A DNA stretch of 48,651 bases. Source: Thermoplasmata archaeon (GTDB lineage Archaea > Thermoplasmatota > Thermoplasmata > Thermoplasmatales > GCA-001856825). The stretch is from assembly GCA_021827945.1 (NCBI GenBank), contig JAKATW010000138.1, positions 1 to 48,651 on the forward strand, given 5' to 3'. The position numbers were made by a program, and so were the translations under genes. Shown piece by piece: positions 27,701-36,424 of the stretch (within the stretch, counting starts at the first letter, position 1; each line of letters starts with the position of its first letter). The notes beneath the pieces were generated by a model. That model worked only from the letters and a program-made list of their open reading frames with translations, ran no database searches and had not been told where the DNA came from.

Positions 27701-28237
27701 GTTGTAGACCGAAATCCCTCCGACCTCTTCCAGAATACCTCTCCTTTCTAGGGGAGTCATTTCCACTATCCCGGTGATATCTCCCTGCCTGACAAAATTG
27801 TAACCATCTGCGAATATCTTGACCTTTTCGAGAAAGTATTCAAAGTCCTGAAGTCTGGCTCTATCGTCGTTGATGTAGTAGTAAGAGGAGTAGTCCTGAT
27901 CGTTGTTCTCAGAAAGCTTCACCATCCTTGTAAATGTGACTTCATTTGCATCCAGAGGTACGAGCTTGTCGGTGTTATCGAACGTCACGCTCGCCTTGAG
28001 ATAAGGAGAAGGTTTTCCCGATTGATTTCGGTGTATGAGGTCTGTCAACTTCTGGGCCCTGAGTGATTTGTTGCTCTTTGTACCGAGGACAAACAATAGC
28101 GCATCGCCTATGTTGCTCTTACCCGAGGCATTAGGTCCAGTGACAGACGTATAACCTGATCTAAAATCTATGACTGTCTTTCTTCCAAACGACTTGAAAT
28201 TCTCCATTTCAATTCTTTTTAGGAACATTTTTACCAC
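24716..28237 (-). CDS. smc: Chromosome segregation protein SMC
   Basis: 1173 aa. The Walker A is GPNASGKSNIGDA. Long Glu/Lys-rich coiled coils and a central hinge are present. The C-terminal signature is LSGGEKSIAALSL and the Walker B is FMDEVDMFLD. Confidence 0.95.
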   Translation of the reverse strand: MVKMFLKRIEMENFKSFGRKTVIDFRSGYTSVTGPNASGKSNIGDALLFVLGTKSNKSLRAQKLTDLIHRNQSGKPSPYLKASVTFDNTDKLVPLDANEVTFTRMVKLSENNDQDYSSYYYINDDRARLQDFEYFLEKVKIFADGYNFVRQGDITGIVEMTPLERRGILEEVGGISVYNNEIEKANNEKDKTRENMVTVQALVTELSGRVELLTKEKEQAEAYLSKKREIEKDESILLYRKKGDTESEISTIKEQMDKINGEVNSADEKIKQLISKGDELDKKIEILKENNKELEEFQRIKNDLDASKINYAKINMEHENLHGTISQIKKEISELTARKKKLENEVRQAESKVKGLEDDLKLKNDELKELELSIQDMENKSATSVDKFEDLTKAMNEVNKQKENTLNELAKHKSNMSSIQARNSGIMEEISKIEEEIANLEFSIKDADWRSKNLKKANPQGEDFNKLYLETKKKIEQMRRDEEEITTQIEKSESEVGKVQGVKLSGVWESINFINVESANGNLKGIRGTVDSLISYLPDNEKAVRAAGGNRLFSIVVERDEDAQSAIETLKRKGKGRLTFLPLNKIIPLRPRGKAVMLAQDKSTMGFLSEKVSADESMKDIVSYVFSDTLLVRDMKVAREVMGGVRIVTLDGDLIDPSNAMTGGMLPKREVGKDLEGLTAKLSALKGRRVEIRNELSLLENELRGLAEKINKAHVEVGKSEGEFTQILSRKKELEEQLRKKKGYLDERRKLLEIGTKDEQAETGAIDQINSELVSINSQIEKLNTEKDRAMDKKTREEIRMMKQKLSDLKNEVEQKLAILNEQKMTLSGLKANHDSVEESIEAKQDEFAKGKKSSDDMQGSLQRVKGELDTLMSVYQSKEGKLKKRGEEIENITNERFKIRSEVDSKTTIKKTKMDFLLSLQAKMEDASQRITELDKTIAEKKFEIIEDQRSIEEIKKEMNRLENQLHEMEPINLKSINDYAEEKARLDELIGKRDRLDGEMKRLGELEGKLEEQKKVVFLEVFEAVNKNFIDIYKELTNGGEGYLLLENVTNPFQGGLMIKASSKGKKLDNLASLSGGEKSIAALSLIIAIQNYDPSPIYFMDEVDMFLDGVNAENVGRLFRRNSETAQIIAVTLRKATMKYAHQIIGVTYQDKNSTVFTKELEQREEVATT

Positions 28238-28450
28238 CGTATGACACTTGTCTGTTATATGGCATCAATATGTCATACTTTATATATATAGTTTTCCGTT
28301 ATTTCTCACCTAGCTATGATATATATTCCAGCGGATTTGATTGCATCACGAAATTGAAAATTTTGCCCTTTTTCTGATAATGTTATATCTTGGCTGACAA
28401 CTATCATTCATGAAGAGGTATGTGACCGCGAGTTATACATCAAGCGTCCC
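28238..28450 (-). promoter_or_regulatory. Upstream region of smc with a TATA-like element and an 8-bp inverted repeat
   Basis: The plus-strand sequence tttatatatatag at about 28280-28292 is the TATA-like element. The inverted repeat gtatgaca...tgtcatac lies between it and the smc start. Confidence 0.3.
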
Positions 28451-30724
28451 CTAGGCGCCTTCGTCTTTCTTTCCTGCACGGCTTGGACACTTGGAATTCA
28501 GGCACTGCTCCACTTCGCTCTTACCGTACTTGAAGATGGCTATTGGAAAGCCATCGACCACGCACTTTTTGTCTGTCGGAATGACATCCATCTTCTGAGG
28601 GATAGAAAGAGTCACCTTGCAGTTGGGGTAGTTAGAACACCCTATGAAGCGCGTGAACATCTTACTTCTCCTGAGGACAAGATTCCCACCGTCTGAAGGG
28701 CATTTACCAAATATCTCACGACTGGTGTTGTATGAACACTTGTTGTCAACACACCTGATCTCGGGGCGTTCGCCCTTTCTAATCACCCTTATCAAGAAGA
28801 GACCGCAGACTGGGCACTTTTCATCGGTTATCTCAATCTTGCCCGTCCTGGGAAGATACTGGAAGAAGTCATTCAACGGTCCTGTGCACTTTATGAATCT
28901 TGAGTTGTTCCCATAATCGATTATGAGATCTGAACCACATTTCGGACACTTTCCTACGACCTTTTCAAGTTTAAGGGTCTCGTAAAACTTCTCCCTTATC
29001 TTATCCGATTTGTTTACAAGATCATCTAGGAGACCTGTCAGGATCGTTCGACTGTCTTCAATCACCTCTTCTTTTCTCTTTGATCCGGCAGCTATCTGGT
29101 CCATTTCCTGTTCGAGCTTGGCCGTCATATCCGGTCTTGCCACTGCCTCTGAGTTTAAAATAAGCGATTCCCCCATCGCCATTCCAAGCGGTCTTACCCT
29201 GATCGGATTTCCCTCTATGAACCCTCTGTCGTATAGTTTCTGGATGATCTCGTGCCTGGTGCTCTTTGTTCCCAGAAGCTCCTTCTCCATCTTTTCTAGG
29301 AGAGAACCCTGCGAGTACCTCGGAGGTGGGTTCGTATTCTTCTCATCAATCTTTGGCTCCTGGAATTTAATCTCTTGTCCAACATTCAGTTGTGGATCCC
29401 TCTTCTCCTGATAGTAGACGATTGGGTAGTATTCCATCCAACCACTGTTGATTGCCTTAGAGGCGGTGTACAAAAATCTGAGGTCACCTACCTCAGCAAT
29501 GTATTCTGTATCGAGGATATCGGCATTCTCCGCTACTGTGGCCATAAATCTCCTGGCTACCAGATCATATATCTTGAAGTAATCTCCCTTCAGCTCACTC
29601 TTCTTCATTGAGGAGGTAGGATAGACCGGAGGGTGGTCCGTAGTCTCGACTCTTCCCCTTGATGGTATGAGTTTGCTATGTTCCGTCAGATGCTCAACTT
29701 CTTTCTTGAGATACGAATTTGCAAGATTTGAAAGAACAGATTTGACGCTCAGGGTCCTTGGATAAACCGTGTTGTCAGTTCTGGGGTATGATATCTTTCC
29801 GTGCTGGTAAAGTGTCTCCGCTATAGCCATTGCTTTCTCTACTGAAATACCAATCCTGTTTGCATCCCTCAGGAATTCTGTCGTTGAGAAAGGGACAGGT
29901 CGGTATATCTTTCTCTCCCTGTCACTCTTTTCCTTTACCAGAACTGTTCCGCTCTTGTTTATAATTGCAAGCAACTTCTCTGCTTCTTCTCTATTCTTTA
30001 TCGGATTCCCTTCGTAGCTGAACTTCACGCCATTCAATTGAATGCTTAGTTCATAGTATTTCTCCGGTACGAAATCCCTGATCTCTGTCTCCCTTTCCAC
30101 CAGAATGGTCAGAGTTGGACTCTGCACTCTGCCTACTGAAATGAATTCCCCCCCTAGTCTCTTGGTTGTAACGCTGAAGAACCTGGTGAGTGTTGCTCCC
30201 CACATTAGATCTATCACGCCTCTCGCTTCAGCAGAGCCAGCAAGATTATAGTCAACTTCGGTAAGGTTATCGAAAGATTGGGCCAGATCGTATTTTGTAA
30301 GGGCGCTGAATTTCGCTCTCCTAACTCCCTCTTTTCTCTCCATTAATCTCAATGTTTCGACACCGATCAGTTCTCCTTCTCTATCATAATCTGTAGCAAC
30401 GATGACCTCTGAGCTCTCGTTGTTGAGTCTACTGAGAGTGCTGTCAAGTCCCCTGACCTTTACATTCTCTATCGGAGTGGCATGGACAAGGTCTTTCAGG
30501 TTATCGATTCGCCAGTTACTGTATTCCCTTGGATAGTCTAATTCTATGATGTGACCTCGGAGAGACAGGACTGAATATTCCGTACCTCCCCTCTGAAACT
30601 TGAGTATTGTCGAAGCACCAACCTTGGCCCTGCTCACCTTTCCTTCGCTTAGGGCGGTCGCTATCCTGAGTGCTACATTCGCCTTTTCAGCTATAATTAA
30701 GCTCCCCACGGTGACTAAATGCAT
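28451..30724 (-). CDS. topA: Type IA DNA topoisomerase (archaeal TopA/topoisomerase III-like) with C-terminal zinc fingers
   Basis: The Toprim domain has IIAEKANVA and ATDYDREGE. The active-site region is ISYPRTDN. Several C-x2-C...C-x2-C fingers lie in the last ~170 aa. Confidence 0.9.
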   Translation of the reverse strand: MHLVTVGSLIIAEKANVALRIATALSEGKVSRAKVGASTILKFQRGGTEYSVLSLRGHIIELDYPREYSNWRIDNLKDLVHATPIENVKVRGLDSTLSRLNNESSEVIVATDYDREGELIGVETLRLMERKEGVRRAKFSALTKYDLAQSFDNLTEVDYNLAGSAEARGVIDLMWGATLTRFFSVTTKRLGGEFISVGRVQSPTLTILVERETEIRDFVPEKYYELSIQLNGVKFSYEGNPIKNREEAEKLLAIINKSGTVLVKEKSDRERKIYRPVPFSTTEFLRDANRIGISVEKAMAIAETLYQHGKISYPRTDNTVYPRTLSVKSVLSNLANSYLKKEVEHLTEHSKLIPSRGRVETTDHPPVYPTSSMKKSELKGDYFKIYDLVARRFMATVAENADILDTEYIAEVGDLRFLYTASKAINSGWMEYYPIVYYQEKRDPQLNVGQEIKFQEPKIDEKNTNPPPRYSQGSLLEKMEKELLGTKSTRHEIIQKLYDRGFIEGNPIRVRPLGMAMGESLILNSEAVARPDMTAKLEQEMDQIAAGSKRKEEVIEDSRTILTGLLDDLVNKSDKIREKFYETLKLEKVVGKCPKCGSDLIIDYGNNSRFIKCTGPLNDFFQYLPRTGKIEITDEKCPVCGLFLIRVIRKGERPEIRCVDNKCSYNTSREIFGKCPSDGGNLVLRRSKMFTRFIGCSNYPNCKVTLSIPQKMDVIPTDKKCVVDGFPIAIFKYGKSEVEQCLNSKCPSRAGKKDEGA

Positions 30725-30754
30725 AGGACATATAAAAAAATGCTTGGCTTTTTA

Positions 30755-32425
30755 TCAGTTCAAAATCTTGAATATTATGAGAGAAAGTGCAATTGAGACT
30801 ATTATAGACGCGACGCTCAGTACCTTTGCCTTGTTAGCCGAGCTCCTTATGACCGCGTTGAGTTTTTCCCACTGGTTTTCTCCTGCTACCTTCAGCCAAA
30901 TATCCCTCTTCACGTATTCCAGGTTGCACTCTTTCTGTACAGAAGTTTCATCTTCGAGCTCCTTCACCAACCTGACGATCTCTTCGTGATTGGAGAAAGT
31001 CCCAACCGGGTTGACGTTGAGTCCATTTGTATTTACCACGTGGTTGTCGGTGGTACACACCAATACCCTGTCATATCCCGTGAGGGCACCTTCGACCTTC
31101 ATTCTCAGCCCGTACTCCATGTTGTTTCCGTCCATGAGTATGATTGCGAGTCTCTTTGAACCTGCAGAGAGAGAGACAAAAGAGATCCCCCCTGGACCGA
31201 GATCCTTGTAATCGGGAGTCCTCCTGCTGTGGGCGACCAGAAACGACTTTTTGTTCTTCCTGCTCTTTACGGCCTGCTCTACTTCCTCAATCAGATAGGA
31301 AACGTCTTCCAGCTCTCTCGGTTCTTCCATATTGTTGTTGTGTTGGTCGACGGTTATTGCCCACTTTAGACCGAGAGATTTGGCTTTTCTAACAATCTTT
31401 CTTCCCTCGGTAATCTTCACGTCATCAAATCTCGGGTCATCCGGCGAAAGGAAGAATATTCCTCCCTCACCGAGCGGCAGAAACGTAAGATACCTCCCAA
31501 AGTAAGGCTCATAGCAGTAGCTGAATTCTTTTCCCTTTTCGTTCAGGACATTAGATATTTTCGCCATCTCGGTGTCTCCGGCACAGTTATCGTCATGGGT
31601 GGTTGTTGTGTGAAATACCAGGAGACTTTGATCGTTGTGGTTTCTCTGGAGTTTTGCGGTAATGTTGGAACTGCCAAGGTCCCCGAGAGGTCCAGGGTGA
31701 ACATAGGGAAACACCATCGTGAATCTCTGCAAGTCGGACTTTACTCTAACTACCGATATCTCTCGTGGGGCCAGCGTCGTGTAGAGATCCTCAAAGAAAT
31801 TCTTTAACACGACATTGTAAGAGATGTCAGAGGTTACTGTGTTGACAAACTCTCGCAGAATCTTTATTGGGTCGGTACTGAATTCCTTCACAAATTTTGA
31901 TACAGAAAGCTTTACAAATAAGTGAGAAGAGAGCGCATATACTATGGAAGAAAGTATGAGTGGAGCTATATATATTGCATACTTCGGTTCAATCAGTAAT
32001 GTATACAGGGAAAAGAACAGTGAAAAAGAGATTGCGATCACATGGGTCAAAATGACGTTCTTCCCCGCAAACGTAAGATAGACCAGCGTCCGCAAGAAAG
32101 GGATCGTCGTTATTGAGACGAGGAGTGCAACTGGTGGCCCAAGAAAGTGAAAGGCTATGACGATGAAGTAGAAGATCGTAGCAAGATAGAGGGTGACGAG
32201 ATTGAGGAATAATACTCTGGTAATGGGAAACTTGAATTTGAATAATCTTGGAGCAACTATGTCCCATATGATTAGTGATGCCACCGAAAGGGTATAGATG
32301 AGAGTGAACCTCAAGTCACGTGAAGATACGTAGAAGATGGGTATGAGCACGACTATGAGGGGCAGTGCGAGATAGGATTTTGGAGAATGAAATGCGAATC
32401 TTCTTAGTCGTTGACTCTCATTCAA
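30755..32425 (-). CDS. Polytopic membrane protein with a large soluble domain and a C-terminal TM helix (DUF2070-like)
   Basis: 556 aa. About 6 N-terminal TM helices are followed by the motifs VHPGPLGDLGSSN and HTTTTHDDN, then a final TM helix. The DUF2070 assignment is from memory of the family layout. Confidence 0.6.
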   Translation of the reverse strand: MNESQRLRRFAFHSPKSYLALPLIVVLIPIFYVSSRDLRFTLIYTLSVASLIIWDIVAPRLFKFKFPITRVLFLNLVTLYLATIFYFIVIAFHFLGPPVALLVSITTIPFLRTLVYLTFAGKNVILTHVIAISFSLFFSLYTLLIEPKYAIYIAPLILSSIVYALSSHLFVKLSVSKFVKEFSTDPIKILREFVNTVTSDISYNVVLKNFFEDLYTTLAPREISVVRVKSDLQRFTMVFPYVHPGPLGDLGSSNITAKLQRNHNDQSLLVFHTTTTHDDNCAGDTEMAKISNVLNEKGKEFSYCYEPYFGRYLTFLPLGEGGIFFLSPDDPRFDDVKITEGRKIVRKAKSLGLKWAITVDQHNNNMEEPRELEDVSYLIEEVEQAVKSRKNKKSFLVAHSRRTPDYKDLGPGGISFVSLSAGSKRLAIILMDGNNMEYGLRMKVEGALTGYDRVLVCTTDNHVVNTNGLNVNPVGTFSNHEEIVRLVKELEDETSVQKECNLEYVKRDIWLKVAGENQWEKLNAVIRSSANKAKVLSVASIIVSIALSLIIFKILN

Positions 32426-32456
32426 TCAAATCGTAGGTAAATAAGGACTTTATTAT

Positions 32457-33458
32457 TTATTTTGTCACAAGATAGTGAAGGGACAGTGAACCTACTATCA
32501 GATTGAAGTAGAACGTGATAAAGCGCCAAATTATGACGAATGCCACAATTCCCCCATGGGGCAAAAAGACTGAGAAAGTAGCGATCATCAGCACTTCCAT
32601 GATTCCAGCCGACCCTGGAGTAACTGGGATCAGGGATATCAAAACCAGTATTATCTGGATGAATATAATGTCCAAAAGATTGGGCATGACCCCAAAACCG
32701 ATCAGTAGCGCGGTCGGTACCATGAAGTCTGAGATCCACAAGAGTGACGTGACCAAGACGCCAATGATCAGGGCACCGGGGTGGTGCAGGAATATCTTCT
32801 TAGTCGATGAGGCATAGATTTCTATGTGTTCAAAGACTTTTGGTAGAGATTCCTCGTATTTCTTGCCCTTCCTGTCAAATCTCCGTGCCACCCTTTCGAT
32901 CCAACTCTTCAATCTATTCATCAATGAACTCGCACCCATGGACACCAGAAGGAATGAAAGGAACAACACCAACAGTACCGTCCCAATCATCGCGAGAATC
33001 CTCAGATCACCAGATAATGTCTCCAAACCAGTCAGAATTGCGAATGCGAAGACGCCAACGAAGAATATTGAGTCGAACCCTCGTTCGCCAAGAGCAATGG
33101 CTGTGGCAGTACCTGCGGGTTCACCGTAGTCTATCAATTTCTTAATTCTGACAGGTTCGCCTCCCACATATCCGGGAGTGATGGAAGCAGCAAAGAGTGA
33201 AGTCATGACCGCTATGAACGATTTGAAGAACGATATCTTGTAGCCGTTTGTGCGGGAGAGTAGCTTAATTCTTAATCCCCAGAAGAGGAAAGAAACAACA
33301 TGCAGGGCGAGCGCAGCAAGAAAAAATATGTAGAAGTCCGAGGGGAGAGTGGAGAACGTACGTAAGAGGTTCTCTGGTCCGTAAACGAATATGAATATCA
33401 GCAGAGTGACCGCAGATACTGCAATCCCAAGGAACTTACTGCCTGATCTTAAGTTCAA
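32457..33458 (-). CDS. Flippase-like membrane protein (LPG-synthase-TM / UPF0104 family)
   Basis: 333 aa with about 8 TM helices. It has the segments ITPGYVGGEPVR and IPVTPGSAGIMEV, which are typical of this family. It overlaps the GT4 gene by 23 nt. Confidence 0.65.
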   Translation of the reverse strand: MNLRSGSKFLGIAVSAVTLLIFIFVYGPENLLRTFSTLPSDFYIFFLAALALHVVSFLFWGLRIKLLSRTNGYKISFFKSFIAVMTSLFAASITPGYVGGEPVRIKKLIDYGEPAGTATAIALGERGFDSIFFVGVFAFAILTGLETLSGDLRILAMIGTVLLVLFLSFLLVSMGASSLMNRLKSWIERVARRFDRKGKKYEESLPKVFEHIEIYASSTKKIFLHHPGALIIGVLVTSLLWISDFMVPTALLIGFGVMPNLLDIIFIQIILVLISLIPVTPGSAGIMEVLMIATFSVFLPHGGIVAFVIIWRFITFYFNLIVGSLSLHYLVTK

Positions 33459-34509
33459 TTAGTTCACCATAAATCGCCTCTAACAGATCTGCGGTAGTCT
33501 GAATTGAATAATTCATGCTGGATCTTCGCGCGTTCTCGGAATACGATCTCATATCCAACCCATCCAACTCCCGTATCTTGCTTACGAGCGATTCCGGATC
33601 ACCGTATTTTACAAACCAACCGTTATAGTCGTCCCTCAAGATTCCTATCTCTCTTGTCTCCGATGACCCCACTACCGGTGTGCCCGAAGCCATAGCTTCG
33701 ATGAAAACCACTCCAAAAGTTTCAGCCCTTGAAGGGGCAACAAGCAATTTTGCATTCTTCAATAGATCAATCTTATCCTGCTCCGACACATATCCAAGGT
33801 ACTCTATATTTCTGTACCTGTTGGCGTAGTCCTTCACGCTGTCCCTCAGTGGACCAGTGCCAGCAATCTTGAATTCCTTATTGGGAAGCCTAGCTGCTGC
33901 TTCAAGCAGTTCCAACACTCCTTTGTCCTGAGTAAGCCGTCCGATAAACAGGTAGTAATCTTCCTTGTTTTCATTATAGACAAATTTACTTAGATCGATG
34001 CCTACTGGCACTATCTTCGACTTATTTCCAAAGTCAGAGAGATGGTCCGCAACCAATTTGGAAGGTGAAATAACCATATCCAGTTTCGCATACAGATGCA
34101 TGTTGTACTGGAATCCAATGTTCAGGATGCTCTTGATGAAGGGAAATCTGACCGTGTTGTCCATGTTGACAAAATCGGTGTGGTAGGTACCGATGGTGGG
34201 AATGTTTCTTTTCCTTGCATATCTATAGCCCATTGTGCCCAGGGTGAAGGGGGTGTGAATGTGTATAACCTGTGGGTCAAACCGCTCGAGGTCCCTGTAC
34301 ATCTCATATACCGGGATTCCCACCCTGTATTCCTTGTAAAGGGGGAATCGATAAGAAGGTAGTCCGAAAACACCATCATTGGTAGAAAATACCGTATAGA
34401 CCCTAACGGAGTGCCCTCTCTTTTCCAGCTCGACCTTGTAATCTACTAGATGATTTGCTACACCGTCAGCTATCGGGTGGTACGTATCGCTGCATAGGGC
34501 TATTCGCAT
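33436..34509 (-). CDS. Family 4 glycosyltransferase (GT-B fold)
   Basis: The N-terminal segment is MRIALCSDTYHPIADGVANH. The C-terminal E-x7-E region is SRAETFGVVFIEAMASGTPVV. Confidence 0.85.
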   Translation of the reverse strand: MRIALCSDTYHPIADGVANHLVDYKVELEKRGHSVRVYTVFSTNDGVFGLPSYRFPLYKEYRVGIPVYEMYRDLERFDPQVIHIHTPFTLGTMGYRYARKRNIPTIGTYHTDFVNMDNTVRFPFIKSILNIGFQYNMHLYAKLDMVISPSKLVADHLSDFGNKSKIVPVGIDLSKFVYNENKEDYYLFIGRLTQDKGVLELLEAAARLPNKEFKIAGTGPLRDSVKDYANRYRNIEYLGYVSEQDKIDLLKNAKLLVAPSRAETFGVVFIEAMASGTPVVGSSETREIGILRDDYNGWFVKYGDPESLVSKIRELDGLDMRSYSENARRSSMNYSIQTTADLLEAIYGELIELKIRQ

Positions 34510-35416
34510 TGAGCGTCGTGTGACCGATATTTTTACGATTATAAAGATATATCTTACTCACCAGTGTGGCTTGTTCTATGAAATTCGTCTCCGAAGGTTC
34601 TCTGAAACACTGTATGAAACAGTCATTGCAGGTGTTGGTGTAGTCGTCCCACTTCCTATTTGAGTTCAGCTTCTTTGCCGTCTTGTAGAAGCACGGATAT
34701 ACGTCTCCGTGGTAGTCTGCATAGAAGACCTCTTCCCCCGCCCGGCATCTCTGAACATCCCTCTTTTCCAGCCAGTCTACTGCCTCCTTGTAGTAGGTCC
34801 TGGTATTCCCGAACTTGAATTCTTTGTATTTCTCAAATGCAAAGTTGAATGCTTCCTTTATCTGATCGTTCTCGACTGGCACTTTTTCGTAGTAATACGA
34901 GCTGTTGTCCGGGAAGCACATTGATACAGGAAGACCCAGTTCATTGTTCACAAAATTGGCGTATTCTCCAATCTTATCGTAATTGAAATCCGTGACAAGG
35001 ATGTTTGAAGTAAGAACCTTCACTTTTGGCTTAAGGTACCTCATGCTTTCGACTACAATATCGAATATCTTTCTTCCCCTGTATTCATTATGGAGTTCTG
35101 GAATGTGACTATCAAGGCTGATAGTAGCAGCGTCCAAATATGGGTAAATTTTGCTTAGGACAAACTTGTTTGTTCCATTCGTTGCGATATGGGTCATGAA
35201 CTTATGTTCCTTTAGCGTCTTGAGAATCCTCGGTAGGTCAGGATGAAGTGTTGGTTCTCCTCCGGTGACTGATACGATTTTGACCTTGTTGTACTTCATT
35301 TCGTCTATGAAATCTTCGATCTTATCCTTGGGAAAGAGAACATTGCCTTCGAAGGCGTTGCAGCCCTTACAAAGAAGATTGCATTTGAAATCGATGTTCC
35401 ATATGACTGTCTTCAT
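34466..35416 (-). CDS. Radical SAM enzyme with a C-terminal Cys-rich (SPASM/twitch-like) region
   Basis: The CNLLCKGC (C-x3-C-x2-C) motif lies at residues 12-19 and is followed by VTGGEPTLHPD. The C-terminal region reads CRAG...HGDVYPC...CNDCFIQC. It overlaps the GT4 start by 44 nt. Confidence 0.8.
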   Translation of the reverse strand: MKTVIWNIDFKCNLLCKGCNAFEGNVLFPKDKIEDFIDEMKYNKVKIVSVTGGEPTLHPDLPRILKTLKEHKFMTHIATNGTNKFVLSKIYPYLDAATISLDSHIPELHNEYRGRKIFDIVVESMRYLKPKVKVLTSNILVTDFNYDKIGEYANFVNNELGLPVSMCFPDNSSYYYEKVPVENDQIKEAFNFAFEKYKEFKFGNTRTYYKEAVDWLEKRDVQRCRAGEEVFYADYHGDVYPCFYKTAKKLNSNRKWDDYTNTCNDCFIQCFREPSETNFIEQATLVSKIYLYNRKNIGHTTLNANSPMQRYVPPDS

Positions 35417-35467
35417 TGGTCGTTGAAATGATGTTTGGATATAAATAAATTTAAGTTCTGAGAGCTA

Positions 35468-36424
35468 CTAATTCTTCGTTCTCTTGAGAATGTACTCGGT
35501 GAAATAACTGATCACGATATCCGCCCCTGCCCTGAATATTGAACTCAGAGACTCGTCGACAACGGAATCGAGGTCTATGATACCTTTTTCTGCTGCAGAC
35601 TTGATCAATGAATACTCTGCGCTGACGTTGTATGCAGCAATCGGTAGAAGGAACCTGTTCCTGGCTTCCTTTATGATGTCGAGATAAAAGAGTGCGGGTT
35701 TCACCATTACGACGTCCGCTCCCTCCTCCACGTCTAATTCAATCTCACGGATCGCCTCCCTTGTGTTTGAGTATGGCATCTGATATGTTCTCCTGTCGCC
35801 GAAAGATGGCGTGGAAAACACCGCCTCCCTGAAAGGGGCGTACATGGAACTCGAGAACTTTGCGCTGTATGCCAGAATGAGTGTTTCCTCAAAACCTGTC
35901 GAATCGAGTTCCTTCCTGATCCTCCCAACCTGGCCGTCCATCATTCCGGAGGGCGCGACCCCGTCCACTCCAGCTTCTGCGTAGCTCTTTGCAATCTTCG
36001 CGTAAGTTTCAAGGGTAGAGTCGTTGTCCACGTTCCTCCCGTTTAATATACCGCAGTGACCGTGATCCGTATATTCACAGAGGCAAAGATCAGTGAAAAC
36101 GGCAAGATCTGTCTCTCTCTTGATCTCCCTTACTGCCCTCTGGACTATCCCGTTCTTTTCGTAAGAGGTAGATCCGGTTGCGTCCTTGTGGTTCGGAACG
36201 CCAAACAGCAGAACAGACTTGACTCCGATGTCCTCGTATTCCTTCACCTTGTCCACGAGGCCTCCCAGCGGAAGCCTGAATACGTCGGGCATGTTCTTTA
36301 TTTCTTCCGGTCTTGAAATGTTCTCGTCGACGAAAAGGGGCATTATTAGTTTGTTTGCCCTTATCTCAGTGTCTGAAAAAACCTCTCTGATCCTAGGCGA
36401 TTTTCTTAACCTTCTTAGCCTCAT
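35468..36424 (-). CDS. hemB: Porphobilinogen synthase (ALA dehydratase)
   Basis: The N-terminal segment is RLRRLRKSPRIREVF...LIMPLFV. The metal site is CLCEYTDHGHCG. The active-site region is VMVKPA. Confidence 0.92.
   Translation of the reverse strand: MRLRRLRKSPRIREVFSDTEIRANKLIMPLFVDENISRPEEIKNMPDVFRLPLGGLVDKVKEYEDIGVKSVLLFGVPNHKDATGSTSYEKNGIVQRAVREIKRETDLAVFTDLCLCEYTDHGHCGILNGRNVDNDSTLETYAKIAKSYAEAGVDGVAPSGMMDGQVGRIRKELDSTGFEETLILAYSAKFSSSMYAPFREAVFSTPSFGDRRTYQMPYSNTREAIREIELDVEEGADVVMVKPALFYLDIIKEARNRFLLPIAAYNVSAEYSLIKSAAEKGIIDLDSVVDESLSSIFRAGADIVISYFTEYILKRTKN

Noticed and set aside
31989-33145. Alternative-frame ORFs (92-112 aa) within the DUF2070-like and flippase-like genes
   Set aside because: They are embedded in longer ORFs with coherent TM topology, and their composition is biased (Arg/Ser/Pro-rich).
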